Positions 50,469-59,658 are shown, counted from the first letter of the stretch. The stretch is DNA of 64,000 nucleotides from PVC group bacterium (GCA_024231215.1 JAAEQR010000206.1:3112-67111), one strand, 5' to 3'. Made by a program: numbers and translations. The notes: a model not told the origin generated them from the letters alone.

Positions 50469-50699
50469 TTATTGCACTCTGCAAGCTGGTGTAAGCTTAT
50501 AGCTGTTGAATCCGTTGAGAAAACTGTTTAATTGATCCCTGTTGTTTTTTATCAAGCCTGCTTTGATGGCTTTGGAAGCTGCCTCCCAACAAGAAAAAAC
50601 TAAAGGGTTATTAAGTTTATATTCCTCTCCCCTGGCGTAACACTTGTTAAGCTTGCGTTGCTGTTGTATTGTTGGCTTGTTTTCGTATAGTGTCATCAT
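50469..50699 (-). CDS. Early hypothetical protein (start revised to 50699)
   Basis: Shared leader CAAAACAAAAAGGA precedes ATG 50699. Confidence 0.6.
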   Translation of the reverse strand: MMTLYENKPTIQQQRKLNKCYARGEEYKLNNPLVFSCWEAASKAIKAGLIKNNRDQLNSFLNGFNSYKLTPACRVQ

Positions 50700-50734
50700 G
50701 ATTCTTCTCCTTTTTGTTTTGTTTAGATTATATT

Positions 50735-51208
50735 TTAGCACCCGCAATAATCGTCTTGCGCTCTGCTCTGTTTTTCTTCTAATGTTTCGCCACCATTGTC
50801 CAGCCAATGTGTGGTGTGGCTACATTCCCAACAAGTGTATGTTGGATGTAGCCGCGCAAATACAATGTCCAATTCAATAGATTCAATTATTAGTATCGTG
50901 TTGCAGTCTTTTTGTGATGGTTTTTTTGTGAAAATATAAGTGGTACAATTTATTCCATCAATATCATATCGTATCCACTTTTCCAGGCAATACCGTTTTT
51001 TTCCATCAATTACATATTCGTATAGCGTTTCATTTTCTGCGGCATTGTGCCGAACCTCTTTAACATTGATTTCTTCTCCTATTTTTTTCACAACATCGGC
51101 AAAAAACAGCTCTTCACCGCTGTTACACCCCATATAGCCAATATTATTTTTAATTTTTGAAAGATATTTTTTTGTTCTTTCGTCTGTTTTTGTGTCATTT
51201 TTCCACAT
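50735..51208 (-). CDS. Early hypothetical protein
   Basis: Shared leader variant precedes the ATG. Confidence 0.65.
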   Translation of the reverse strand: MWKNDTKTDERTKKYLSKIKNNIGYMGCNSGEELFFADVVKKIGEEINVKEVRHNAAENETLYEYVIDGKKRYCLEKWIRYDIDGINCTTYIFTKKPSQKDCNTILIIESIELDIVFARLHPTYTCWECSHTTHWLDNGGETLEEKQSRAQDDYCGC

Positions 51209-51263
51209 GATCGTTTTCCTTTTTTGTTTTTGGTTTGTTGTTTTAATCTAACAATGATTTATA

Positions 51264-51626
51264 TTAGATAACATTTTTTTTAGATTGTCTATTTTCTTCT
51301 ATGTCATCTAATAATTGTTCTGTCACAGACGGAATATCATTAAATTCTACGTGGATATTATTATTGATGTAAATTTCTTCCGCTTCTGTCAATTCCATAT
51401 TATATTTTCTATTTTCAGCATTTTCATACTCTTCTAAATATGTTTCCCACCAATCATAGTTTTCTTGGTCTGACACATATATTTGTTCTTCGTCGTCCCA
51501 TACAAATTGTCCGTCTGAGGTGGCGAGAGTACCACCAATTAAGTCATCACTCCATTCCGTGCCTGTCTCAGGATTAATAATTATCAACTCTTCTGCTTTT
51601 CCGGTCTCTTTGATTTTTACTTTCAT
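51264..51626 (-). CDS. Early acidic hypothetical protein
   Basis: Shared leader precedes the ATG; very acidic. Confidence 0.65.
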   Translation of the reverse strand: MKVKIKETGKAEELIIINPETGTEWSDDLIGGTLATSDGQFVWDDEEQIYVSDQENYDWWETYLEEYENAENRKYNMELTEAEEIYINNNIHVEFNDIPSVTEQLLDDIEENRQSKKNVI

Positions 51627-51652
51627 AATCCTTCTCCTTTTTGTTTTGGGTA

Positions 51653-51991
51653 TTAAAATCGTGTATTTTCAAGAATGGCTCCACTGAGGTTAGCTCCCCT
51701 GAGGTTAGCTCCACTGAGGTTAGCTCCACTGAGATCGGCTCCACTGAGGTTAGCTCCCCTGAGATCGGCTCTGACGAAATTAACTCTACTGAGATCGGCT
51801 CTACTGAGATCGGTATTAAAAAGCCGCGCGTCACTGAGATTGGCTCCACTGAGATCGACATTACTGAGGTTAGTTCCTGCAAGGTCAGCATCACTAAGGT
51901 TAGTTTTGTGTTGTACCACAAAATCAGCATATGATATGTTTTCATCAGTTTCCGCAATCACATTGTCTGTATTCCAAATTTGATGTTCCAT
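51653..51991 (-). CDS. Pentapeptide repeat protein
   Basis: A(N/D)LSG repeats (15-bp units). Confidence 0.9.
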   Translation of the reverse strand: MEHQIWNTDNVIAETDENISYADFVVQHKTNLSDADLAGTNLSNVDLSGANLSDARLFNTDLSRADLSRVNFVRADLRGANLSGADLSGANLSGANLRGANLSGAILENTRF

Positions 51992-52040
51992 AATATTACT
52001 CCTTTTTGTTTTGGTTTGTTTTGGTTATGCTATAATATAT

Positions 52041-52056
52041 CGCAACTATCATGCCA
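52041..52056 (-). promoter_or_regulatory. sigma54 (RpoN) -24/-12 promoter of the early operon
   Basis: TGGCATG-ATAG-TTGCG on the - strand versus consensus TGGCACG-N4-TTGCW; predicted +1 near 52030. Confidence 0.68.
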
Positions 52057-52103
52057 CACAAATGATGCATTATTGTGGCATATTTGATAGGCAATAATTG
52101 CCT

Positions 52104-52198
52104 GTGTAAAGAATTCCGACGCCTAAAAATAGACTATGTTATAAATCAATGAGTTAACGTGTAAAGAATTCCGACAACGATTAAGGAAAAGTTTACAC
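52104..52198. promoter_or_regulatory. Repeated protein-binding sites (candidate enhancer/UAS) and an IHF site
   Basis: GTGTAAAGAATTCCGAC at 52104 and 52159; inverted GTGTAAACTTTTCC at 52185-52198; AATCAA-TGAG-TTA (WATCAANNNNTTR) at 52144-52156. Confidence 0.65.
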
Positions 52199-52240
52199 CA
52201 TCTTTTAAGTATTTGATTTAAAAGAAAATAAATAAAACTA

Positions 52241-52269
52241 TAGACAAAACACATACATTGAAGTATATT
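52241..52269 (+). promoter_or_regulatory. sigma70-type promoter for the terminase operon
   Basis: TAGACA-17 nt-TATATT; shares ATAGACAAAACA with the promoter at 55189. Confidence 0.6.
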
Positions 52270-52366
52270 AATATAGAGATGTGTTATTTTTTATGATGTG
52301 AAAAAAATATGGGGAAGGGGTGGAATAATCAACCACCCCTTATTATAATGTAGAGTAGGAGTTTCG

Positions 52367-52636
52367 ATGGGTAAGAGATGGCATGCGTGGGACAAACAGC
52401 CCTTGTTTCAGGTCAAAACGCCTGATGGCCATGAATATAATATACACTCTAATGGCGAAGTAGAGGGGTTTCCTGCCGGTCGAGATATCTGCAATTGTAT
52501 CCCAATGTATCGTTTAGAAATAATTAGGGAGTATGGCCACAATTCATTAGGGTTGGTTAAGTTGTCTCGTTTATTAAAGGAAATATTTAAGCGTTTGCGT
52601 TGGATGATCCGGCGCAGCTTTAATAATAAAGAATAA
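52367..52636 (+). CDS. Hypothetical protein
   Basis: AGGAG SD. Confidence 0.55.
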   Translation: MGKRWHAWDKQPLFQVKTPDGHEYNIHSNGEVEGFPAGRDICNCIPMYRLEIIREYGHNSLGLVKLSRLLKEIFKRLRWMIRRSFNNKE

Positions 52637-52662
52637 AATACATTATATAAGCTAACAGAAAG

Positions 52663-53244
52663 TTGATTAATGTGGCTACAAGAAAGAAAATATCCTCAAG
52701 AAAACTAACCCAAATGGAGCTTGCGTTCTGCTATGAATATGTAGCAAACAAGTTCAACGGGAAGCAGGCCGCAATAGCCGCTGGATACAGTGTAAAGACA
52801 GCAGAAGTACAAGCATCGGACTTATTAAGTAGACCTAAGCTGAAACTCAAGGTAAAGCAGCTCACAGATAAGTATCTAAAAAAGGTAGAATATACCGGCG
52901 AATCCATTCTAAACGAATTAGCAATATTAGGGTTTTCTGATATGAATGATATGTTAAACGAGGATGAAAATGGTGATTTAACATTGAAATCATTAAAAGA
53001 TATGGGATATAACACACGGTGCATCCAACAATTGGAAATAACTAATACAACGCGATCATTTAAGGACTCCACAGAGACCCAAACAGACCAAAAAATCAAA
53101 TTTAAGCTGTATGATAAGAGAGCAACATTAGAATTAATAGGAAAAAACCTACAGCTATTCACGGATAGAATACACCACACAGGTGAAGTGAACAACACAG
53201 TACAAGTATACATTCCTGATAATGGCCGAAATAACAAGGATTAA
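52663..53244 (+). CDS. terS: Terminase small subunit
   Basis: LT..E..FC.EY...FNGKQAAIAAGYS.KTA; KLYDK..LELIGK.L.LF. Confidence 0.92.
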   Translation: MINVATRKKISSRKLTQMELAFCYEYVANKFNGKQAAIAAGYSVKTAEVQASDLLSRPKLKLKVKQLTDKYLKKVEYTGESILNELAILGFSDMNDMLNEDENGDLTLKSLKDMGYNTRCIQQLEITNTTRSFKDSTETQTDQKIKFKLYDKRATLELIGKNLQLFTDRIHHTGEVNNTVQVYIPDNGRNNKD

Positions 53245-55180
53245 ACCGCAGGCCGGCCCTCAAGAAAAGTTTTTATCATCCAATGCAGATATAGTAATAT
53301 TTGGTGGTGCAGCATACGGCGGAAAGTCATTTGGGTTGTTGCTGGAATCAATTAGATATATACAAGATCCACGATATAATGGAGTAATATTTCGAAGGGA
53401 ATCACCACAAATAACATCCGGTGGAGGATTATGGGATACGGCGGGGCAGATATATCCTCATGTGGGCGGAATAGCGAACGAGGGGAAATTAAAATACACA
53501 TTTCCTACAGGGGCATACAATAAATTCACTCATTTACAATATGAAAAAGATAAGCTTAATCACCAGGGTGCACAATATGTTTTTATAGGATTTGACGAAT
53601 TAACTCATTTTTCAGAAACACAATTTTGGTATCTGCTCACACGTAACCGCCCACCATCAGGATGTAATATCAGGCCATATTGTCGATGTACAACGAATCC
53701 GGAGGCTGATAGTTGGGTAAGAGAGCTAATAATATGGTGGATTGATGAAAACACAGGGTATGCTATACCTGATAGGTCTGGAATTGTACGATATTTTACG
53801 CGAATTGACGAAGAAATCATATGGGTGGATAAGGATTGGACAGATGAAAGCGGAAATAAGGCAAGGTCTATTACATTTATACCTTCATTTTTAGAAGATA
53901 ATCCATTGGGTATAGCTGCTGACCCTATGTATCAGAGCAACTTACAAGCACAAGATAAAGTAACACGTGAACGGCTATTGAAGGGAAATTGGAATATAAC
54001 ATATAAGGGTGGAATGATGAATCCAGGCTGGTTTAAGATCCTAGAAAATTTCCCGCCTATGAAATATGTACGGTATTGGGATAGGGCCGCGACTGAGCCC
54101 AAAGACGAAAATGATGACCCAGATTGGACGGTGGGGGCTAAGTGTGGGATGCATGGAGGGGAGTTATATATAGAGGATATAGTCCGTTTCCGTGATACTC
54201 CAGCCCAAAATGAGGAAAAAATATTAAATTGTGCGGATAATGACGGCTATGATGTGTCTATTGGGTATGAAATAGAACCTGGAAGCGCTGGCGTTGAAGT
54301 CGCCGAACATTATCAAACTAAGATATTGAAAGGTTATACGGTAATATTAGACAGGCCAAAAGGTAATAAAGTGGAGCGGTGTAAGCCCTGGGCGGCACTT
54401 GCGGAACATGCACATGTATACATCAAAAAAGCCGCTTGGAATAGGCAATTTCTTGCTGAAATAGGCAGTTTTCCACTTGAAAAAAAAGACCAAGTAGACG
54501 CGGTGTCCGGTGGATATAAGATGCTGACAAGAGATAAGTATATTTTTCCAGCATTTAAATTGTCGGATACAAAAAAAATAACAATAGAATGGGAACCCAA
54601 GAAAAGTAAGGCCCATATGCACCATTACGGAGCAATGGTACAACTGCCGGACATGAGCCTGTGGATGCTGGAGGTGTTGTATCATGCAATTGATAACAAA
54701 ATGTATGTATATGGGTGCTGGAAAACCAATAATCCGGCTCCTGCGCTGGTTGTGCCTGTGATAATTAGCAGAATGCATCTCAAAGAGTTCATGATTAAGC
54801 GCTTGTTGGTCTCAGATCACATAATGCATGCCATAGCGCCAAAAAAAGCACCGTATTATTTTTACCGCAAGGAATTTATCAAGAAAAAATGTAGGCCGAA
54901 ATTAAGTGAAAGTATATTATACGATGAATCAGGCTCAATTGTGATGGCTACTGAAATGTTTATGAGGCAGCAAATAATATTTAGCCATGAAGCTAAACCA
55001 GCAGCACAGCAGGTGTCGGGCTGGACAATTGACAAGGGGAAGCCGTCTAAGGAGAACAGTGCGTATTGCGAAGGCCTGCTAATGATTATATCAGAGCTGA
55101 AAAGGATGAGAATAATACAGAAAAAGCCACCCAAACCAAGGGATTATAAAATAGTTAGAACAGTTGCAAGAAATTTTTAA
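53222..55180 (+). CDS. terL: Terminase large subunit with a C-terminal extension
   Basis: PQAGPQ, Walker A GGAAYGGKS, Walker B FIGFDE, TTNP, nuclease WDRAA...DQVDA. Confidence 0.95.
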   Translation: MAEITRIKPQAGPQEKFLSSNADIVIFGGAAYGGKSFGLLLESIRYIQDPRYNGVIFRRESPQITSGGGLWDTAGQIYPHVGGIANEGKLKYTFPTGAYNKFTHLQYEKDKLNHQGAQYVFIGFDELTHFSETQFWYLLTRNRPPSGCNIRPYCRCTTNPEADSWVRELIIWWIDENTGYAIPDRSGIVRYFTRIDEEIIWVDKDWTDESGNKARSITFIPSFLEDNPLGIAADPMYQSNLQAQDKVTRERLLKGNWNITYKGGMMNPGWFKILENFPPMKYVRYWDRAATEPKDENDDPDWTVGAKCGMHGGELYIEDIVRFRDTPAQNEEKILNCADNDGYDVSIGYEIEPGSAGVEVAEHYQTKILKGYTVILDRPKGNKVERCKPWAALAEHAHVYIKKAAWNRQFLAEIGSFPLEKKDQVDAVSGGYKMLTRDKYIFPAFKLSDTKKITIEWEPKKSKAHMHHYGAMVQLPDMSLWMLEVLYHAIDNKMYVYGCWKTNNPAPALVVPVIISRMHLKEFMIKRLLVSDHIMHAIAPKKAPYYFYRKEFIKKKCRPKLSESILYDESGSIVMATEMFMRQQIIFSHEAKPAAQQVSGWTIDKGKPSKENSAYCEGLLMIISELKRMRIIQKKPPKPRDYKIVRTVARNF

Positions 55181-55188
55181 CAAACAAA

Positions 55189-55217
55189 TAGACAAAACAT
55201 ATATTAAGGATTATATT
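55189..55217 (+). promoter_or_regulatory. sigma70-type promoter of the glyco-gene cluster
   Basis: TAGACA-17 nt-TATACT. Confidence 0.65.
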
Positions 55218-55296
55218 ACTATTATGACCACAAAACGCGAATCTAAGCTTTCAATTTTTGGCTATTTTTGGTATTAGAAATTTGGGGTATCCCACA

Positions 55297-55328
55297 GGGG
55301 AGGTTATTCGCGTTTCCTCCCCACTTTT
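55297..55328 (+). terminator. Leader terminator/attenuator hairpin with an antisense loop
   Basis: GGGGAGG/(T)CCTCCCC stem then ACTTTT; loop ATTCGCGTTT is complementary to 55233-55242. Confidence 0.65.
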
Positions 55329-55539
55329 ATAAGGAGATGTGACATGTATTTTGTGTATTACGGTGGCTCCGGAGAGGTAAGCGCATTGATAAATTTCGAG
55401 ACAATGTCAGGGGCTACTAATTACATCGAGGGAAAAATAGAGCAGGGACACTATTTGTCCGACTTTGTTGTGATATGTGGAAGAAGAAAAAAACTGAGAA
55501 TGGAGCCAGTTATAATTAAAACGGGAATAGAGATAGTAG

Positions 55540-55902
55540 ATGAATAAATCACCAGCAATAAAAGTAAAGCCCAATATATGGGATAGCAAAGAGTTTGAGA
55601 AGCCCTACCACGGGGCAAGGAGAAATAGAGGGATGCCTAGCGCGATGGAGCCAATACAGGAATATACAGAGCAGGGCCGCAAGAATTTCGACAAGTGTTT
55701 CAAGCAGGAAGACAAGGTAAACAATTGCGGTAAAGTGAAAAAATGTAAGAAAAATTGCGAATATCGCAGCATGAGAACTGAGAGCGAGTGTGCGTGGTAT
55801 ATTGATATTGACAAGTGCGATACGAAGAAAGTAAAGAAGCCTAAACTACTAAAGGTAGATTACAGGCCGCCACTAACGGGAATGGGAATATATGATAAAT
55901 AA
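55540..55902 (+). CDS. Hypothetical Cys/Lys-rich protein
   Basis: Overlapping operon ORF. Confidence 0.5.
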   Translation: MNKSPAIKVKPNIWDSKEFEKPYHGARRNRGMPSAMEPIQEYTEQGRKNFDKCFKQEDKVNNCGKVKKCKKNCEYRSMRTESECAWYIDIDKCDTKKVKKPKLLKVDYRPPLTGMGIYDK

Positions 55903-56269
55903 GAAAGATATAAATGTATTAATCAGAGATCCACTACCAGGAAGATCTTTTCGCTGGCCTATTACATATAAGGAGAAAGAGATTGGAACGATATTATTTA
56001 ATTGTTGGCCCAAAGAGTCGGATTCAAAAATAATTACTGGGGTGAGGAAAGAAGCTAAGATGATGTGTACATTGGAACATATTGAGGTGTTTGAAGAGTA
56101 TAAGCGGCAGGGAGCTGCATACAGGGCTCTTGTGTTGTGGCTTCCCGGCTTTGATCGAGTTGACACACGGGCGAACTCATGGGCAGCCATGAAGCTAATT
56201 GTAAAAGCTGGTTTTCGCACAGGAAATAGTGTGGATTATATATGGGAGAGAGAAAAAAAAGATGATTGA
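55892..56269 (+). CDS. GNAT-family acetyltransferase-like protein
   Basis: IEVFEEYKRQGAA (motif A), AMKL..KAGF. Confidence 0.65.
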   Translation: MINKKDINVLIRDPLPGRSFRWPITYKEKEIGTILFNCWPKESDSKIITGVRKEAKMMCTLEHIEVFEEYKRQGAAYRALVLWLPGFDRVDTRANSWAAMKLIVKAGFRTGNSVDYIWEREKKDD

Positions 56270-56501
56270 TGAGCGTATATATAAAAATGCGTATAAGCCC
56301 TATGATATCGTGACCAACGAAATCGGAGACGTGGGAGTTATAACAGAGACCAGTGTGGATGAATAAACCTGTTGGTGGTAGAAAAAATCCCGCATATTTT
56401 TGTGTTCGTGATTCAGAAAATTATTATTCATCCGGCATGGGCTGGACAATACCTGTTGACACAGAAGGTCTCATTGTTGTTACATTAAGAGAGGTGAAGA
56501 A

Positions 56502-56795
56502 GTGAAAAGTAGTACCATAACAATAGTAGAAACCGCTGATTATCCGGAAAGCTATGTGGAATTTGTCGCGTGGGTTACTAAGTGGGTTCGGAAAATACCA
56601 GAGGAGTATTTAAATAAGGCAGAAATATCATTTAACCAAACAGCCTGGGATGGTGTAGCAGTTGAAATATATTACAAAAACATGGAGATTGAAGAAGCAA
56701 ATAGGCTAATAAAGAAGTTTGAAGTAGAGGAAAAAGAGATAGCTGAATATCTTAGGCTACGTGAAAAATACAAGTACCATAGGAATTTAGAGTGA
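56502..56795 (+). CDS. Hypothetical protein
   Basis: GAGG SD; GTGA overlap with the next gene. Confidence 0.55.
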   Translation: MKSSTITIVETADYPESYVEFVAWVTKWVRKIPEEYLNKAEISFNQTAWDGVAVEIYYKNMEIEEANRLIKKFEVEEKEIAEYLRLREKYKYHRNLE

Positions 56796-57658
56796 AAACA
56801 GCAATAACAACATTAGTAAGCTCAGATAAGTTTCAACATTATCTACCACTATATATATATGTAGTACGCAAGGAGTATCCTGAGTATTTTCTAAAGACAT
56901 TTATCACGGGAAAAATTAATCCATTAGTTGCCAAGGCGCTTGATTATCTAAGGAGCCAGGGGGTGCGGTTTGATGAGCCCATAGAGGTATTTAAGGATAT
57001 TAAGCTAATTGATTCCACTGCTAACAGCTTAAGGTTCTTGACAAGTGAGAGATATTTTGAGGGCATGGATAATGTAATATATACCGATGCTGATTTGTTA
57101 TTGTTTCGAAATAGCCCCACATTAGAACAATGGCATATCAAAAGAATGAAAAAAATGAAAACATGTTATGCAGGACATCACGGGCCTTGGAGGAAAAAGT
57201 ATAGGCCGGAAATATCTAAGGCAGGTTGGAGGGGCAATTTTGAGCGGGTTTCAGCAGGATTTGTCATGGTTACACAGCAATGGTTTAAGAAGACGAGAAA
57301 AGCCAGGAAATCCTTTTTGAATAAAGCTAAGAAGGGTAAATTAGGAGGGTTCAGGGAATTTGATGAGGTTATGTTGGGGTGCATTGTGAAAAGCTCTGGC
57401 CTTCCTATGCCTCCATTTAGGTTTTGTAAGAAGCAACGGGGAATCCATCTGGGAGATTTTAAAAAGCAGATGAGTCGTAGATTTACAAGAAAAAAGAAAA
57501 TGAAAAAATGTGTAGCACCTCAACCAGTATTACAATTTCAGGCCTTGGAAAAGGACCCTATTTGGGTTGGGGTGCTAAGGATAATGGAAAAATGCCCATA
57601 TCTAATGGAAATAATAGATAATGCAAGAAAACGTTTAAGGCGGAGGTTGAAGTATTGA
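56792..57658 (+). CDS. GT-A fold glycosyltransferase-like protein
   Basis: LRFL, IYTDADLLL DxD motif, SAGF, FDEVML, GIHLG. Confidence 0.6.
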   Translation: MKTAITTLVSSDKFQHYLPLYIYVVRKEYPEYFLKTFITGKINPLVAKALDYLRSQGVRFDEPIEVFKDIKLIDSTANSLRFLTSERYFEGMDNVIYTDADLLLFRNSPTLEQWHIKRMKKMKTCYAGHHGPWRKKYRPEISKAGWRGNFERVSAGFVMVTQQWFKKTRKARKSFLNKAKKGKLGGFREFDEVMLGCIVKSSGLPMPPFRFCKKQRGIHLGDFKKQMSRRFTRKKKMKKCVAPQPVLQFQALEKDPIWVGVLRIMEKCPYLMEIIDNARKRLRRRLKY

Positions 57659-57974
57659 TGTTTAGTTTCATGAGCAAAAAAAAGGCTAAAGAAGAGATAA
57701 AATCTCTGGTGAAAGACTGGGGTGACATCAGAGGTAAAGAGATAAAAAAATGGTTGAAAGACGAGCTTGAACTTTTATTTGGGTGGGGTGAAAGTGGCGA
57801 CTATTACGATTGGGACAACGACGGTGATTCAAAAATAAAAAGAATAATGTTTAATATATTTGATGAAAAGTTGGAAAAGGCACTTAAAAAAGCTGTTGAA
57901 AAACATATTAACGGTGAAGAGTTTGTTGATAAAATTATTGAACGTATTAACAGAAAGCAGTTGGGAAGGAAGAG

Positions 57975-58256
57975 ATGGGAATAAAAAGCGAAACTGAATG
58001 CCCTAAGTGTAGGGCAACGTATCATAACATAAAGCATATAAGAAAAGCAAACAAAGTAATGATTGTATGTTCCGATTGTGCCTATGAGTGGAGTGTATCT
58101 GCGCTGGACAAAAAAGTTATAACAGAGGAAGCGGCTATAAAAATAATAAGCAAAAGCGATTTAGCAGAAATGAAAGCAATTGTGTCGGAAAATATGGTGG
58201 AAAAAATTGTAGATGTAATGCTGAATAAGATTATCGGTTTGGTAGACGACGAATGA
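57975..58256 (+). CDS. Zinc-ribbon protein
   Basis: CPKC...CSDCAYEW. Confidence 0.6.
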   Translation: MGIKSETECPKCRATYHNIKHIRKANKVMIVCSDCAYEWSVSALDKKVITEEAAIKIISKSDLAEMKAIVSENMVEKIVDVMLNKIIGLVDDE

Positions 58257-58639
58257 TACAACAAAAACCAAAAACAGCCAAGGGGTACTACTACTATCAT
58301 AGATTGATGTGGAGTAGGCTGGTTAAGGAGATGGAAAAGGGGAAAGTTCTTGACACTGGCTTAAAATACAGTGTATGGAATAGTTTGTTTGATTTTGATG
58401 GCGAGGAGTGCAATCACTGCTTTGCTTGCATGTGGAAAGATGATGATGTGACGGTTCGGGAGTATGTGTACTATATCGCCGAAGATGGCGATTGTGAAGA
58501 TGAGTGTTTGTTGCATTATACGCCAGAAGATGGAAAGTGCTTAGGTGGATTATACGAAGCAGCAACCGGAGTAAGTCAATACAGAATAGAAGCGGCTAAG
58601 GAAATACGTGATTTACCTATGAAGGATAAGTGGAAATGA
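58253..58639 (+). CDS. Cys-rich hypothetical protein
   Basis: CFAC, CEDEC, CLGGLY. Confidence 0.55.
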   Translation: MIQQKPKTAKGYYYYHRLMWSRLVKEMEKGKVLDTGLKYSVWNSLFDFDGEECNHCFACMWKDDDVTVREYVYYIAEDGDCEDECLLHYTPEDGKCLGGLYEAATGVSQYRIEAAKEIRDLPMKDKWK

Positions 58640-59367
58640 AATTCCAATTAATAATAAGAGGACGCAACTGCACAAAGTACGTTAAAAAATGTCTTGATTC
58701 GGTGTTAGCACAGACACATAAGGATTGGAAAGCAACTGTATGCCTCGATGCTCCTACGGATAATAGTTATGAAAAAGCTATAAAATATACGAAGGATAAA
58801 AGAATATCTGTATATCGCAACAAAAAACGGCTTGGTGTAGCACACAACATGGTAGAGACTATAATGTTAGCAGCACCTGACGACACCGATATATTAGCTA
58901 TAGTAGACGCGGACGATGAAATACCAAAAAATGCTTTACATATGGTAAATAAAGAATATGAAAAGAACCCTCTATTGAGATTGACGTATGGCTCTTTCTG
59001 GCGGTTGGACAAGAAGAGACGTACGAAGACGAGTAGAAGATATAAGAGCAATGTTAGTGTTAGAAAACAGGATTGGCATGGGAGCCATTTAAAGACGTTT
59101 CGCTATGATCTATACAAACGTATTCCACACAGGTATTTTAAACATGACAACAACAATAAGTGGTTTATGGCGGCGTCGGATTTGGCTCTCATGTTTCCTC
59201 TGTTTGATTTGTTAGGTGTTGATCGGTATAAAACACACACGAAATACGTAAAAGAAATAACGTATAAATGGAATAGAACATCGGATAAAACGCGAGGGCA
59301 TGAACAATACAGGAACAAGCAATTGATTAAGAAAAAGAAACCATTGAAGAGGTTGGAGCATGTGTAG
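58630..59367 (+). CDS. GT2-family glycosyltransferase
   Basis: NCTKYVKKCLDSVLAQT, DAPTDNS, IVDADD, ASDLA. Confidence 0.9.
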   Translation: MEMKFQLIIRGRNCTKYVKKCLDSVLAQTHKDWKATVCLDAPTDNSYEKAIKYTKDKRISVYRNKKRLGVAHNMVETIMLAAPDDTDILAIVDADDEIPKNALHMVNKEYEKNPLLRLTYGSFWRLDKKRRTKTSRRYKSNVSVRKQDWHGSHLKTFRYDLYKRIPHRYFKHDNNNKWFMAASDLALMFPLFDLLGVDRYKTHTKYVKEITYKWNRTSDKTRGHEQYRNKQLIKKKKPLKRLEHV

Positions 59368-59658
59368 CAGTTGCGATCAAAAAGAAAAGTGTGACAAGAA
59401 AAATAAGACAGAACTACCGAACAAATACATTAAGGATGTTGTGGGTGTGTTTGCCGATTGGCTGAAAAAGGAAGCGCCCAATATGATTAAGAAAGGTGAG
59501 CTGAATAGGAGATGTTATTCTATCAATAGAAGCTTTAAAACAAAAAGGCAGGCCATGTTTTACAATCCACTGAAAAGAGATGCAGAAAAATTTAAAGGCG
59601 TGTCAGTGCATATGCTAGTGGAATTTGATTTTGAAAAGATTCCAAAGATGGAGGATGA

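Noticed and set aside
51574-51983. Alternative-frame and antisense ORFs (LAPLR, STEVS, TSVEL repeats)
   Set aside because: By-products of the 15-bp pentapeptide repeat; only 51653-51991 has the shared leader
52076-52091. Second, rightward sigma54 promoter
   Set aside because: TGGCA is present but there is no TTGC at the -12 position
53222-55180. Intein or intron explaining the long TerL
   Set aside because: No intein splice-junction or homing-endonuclease motifs; the extra length is C-terminal
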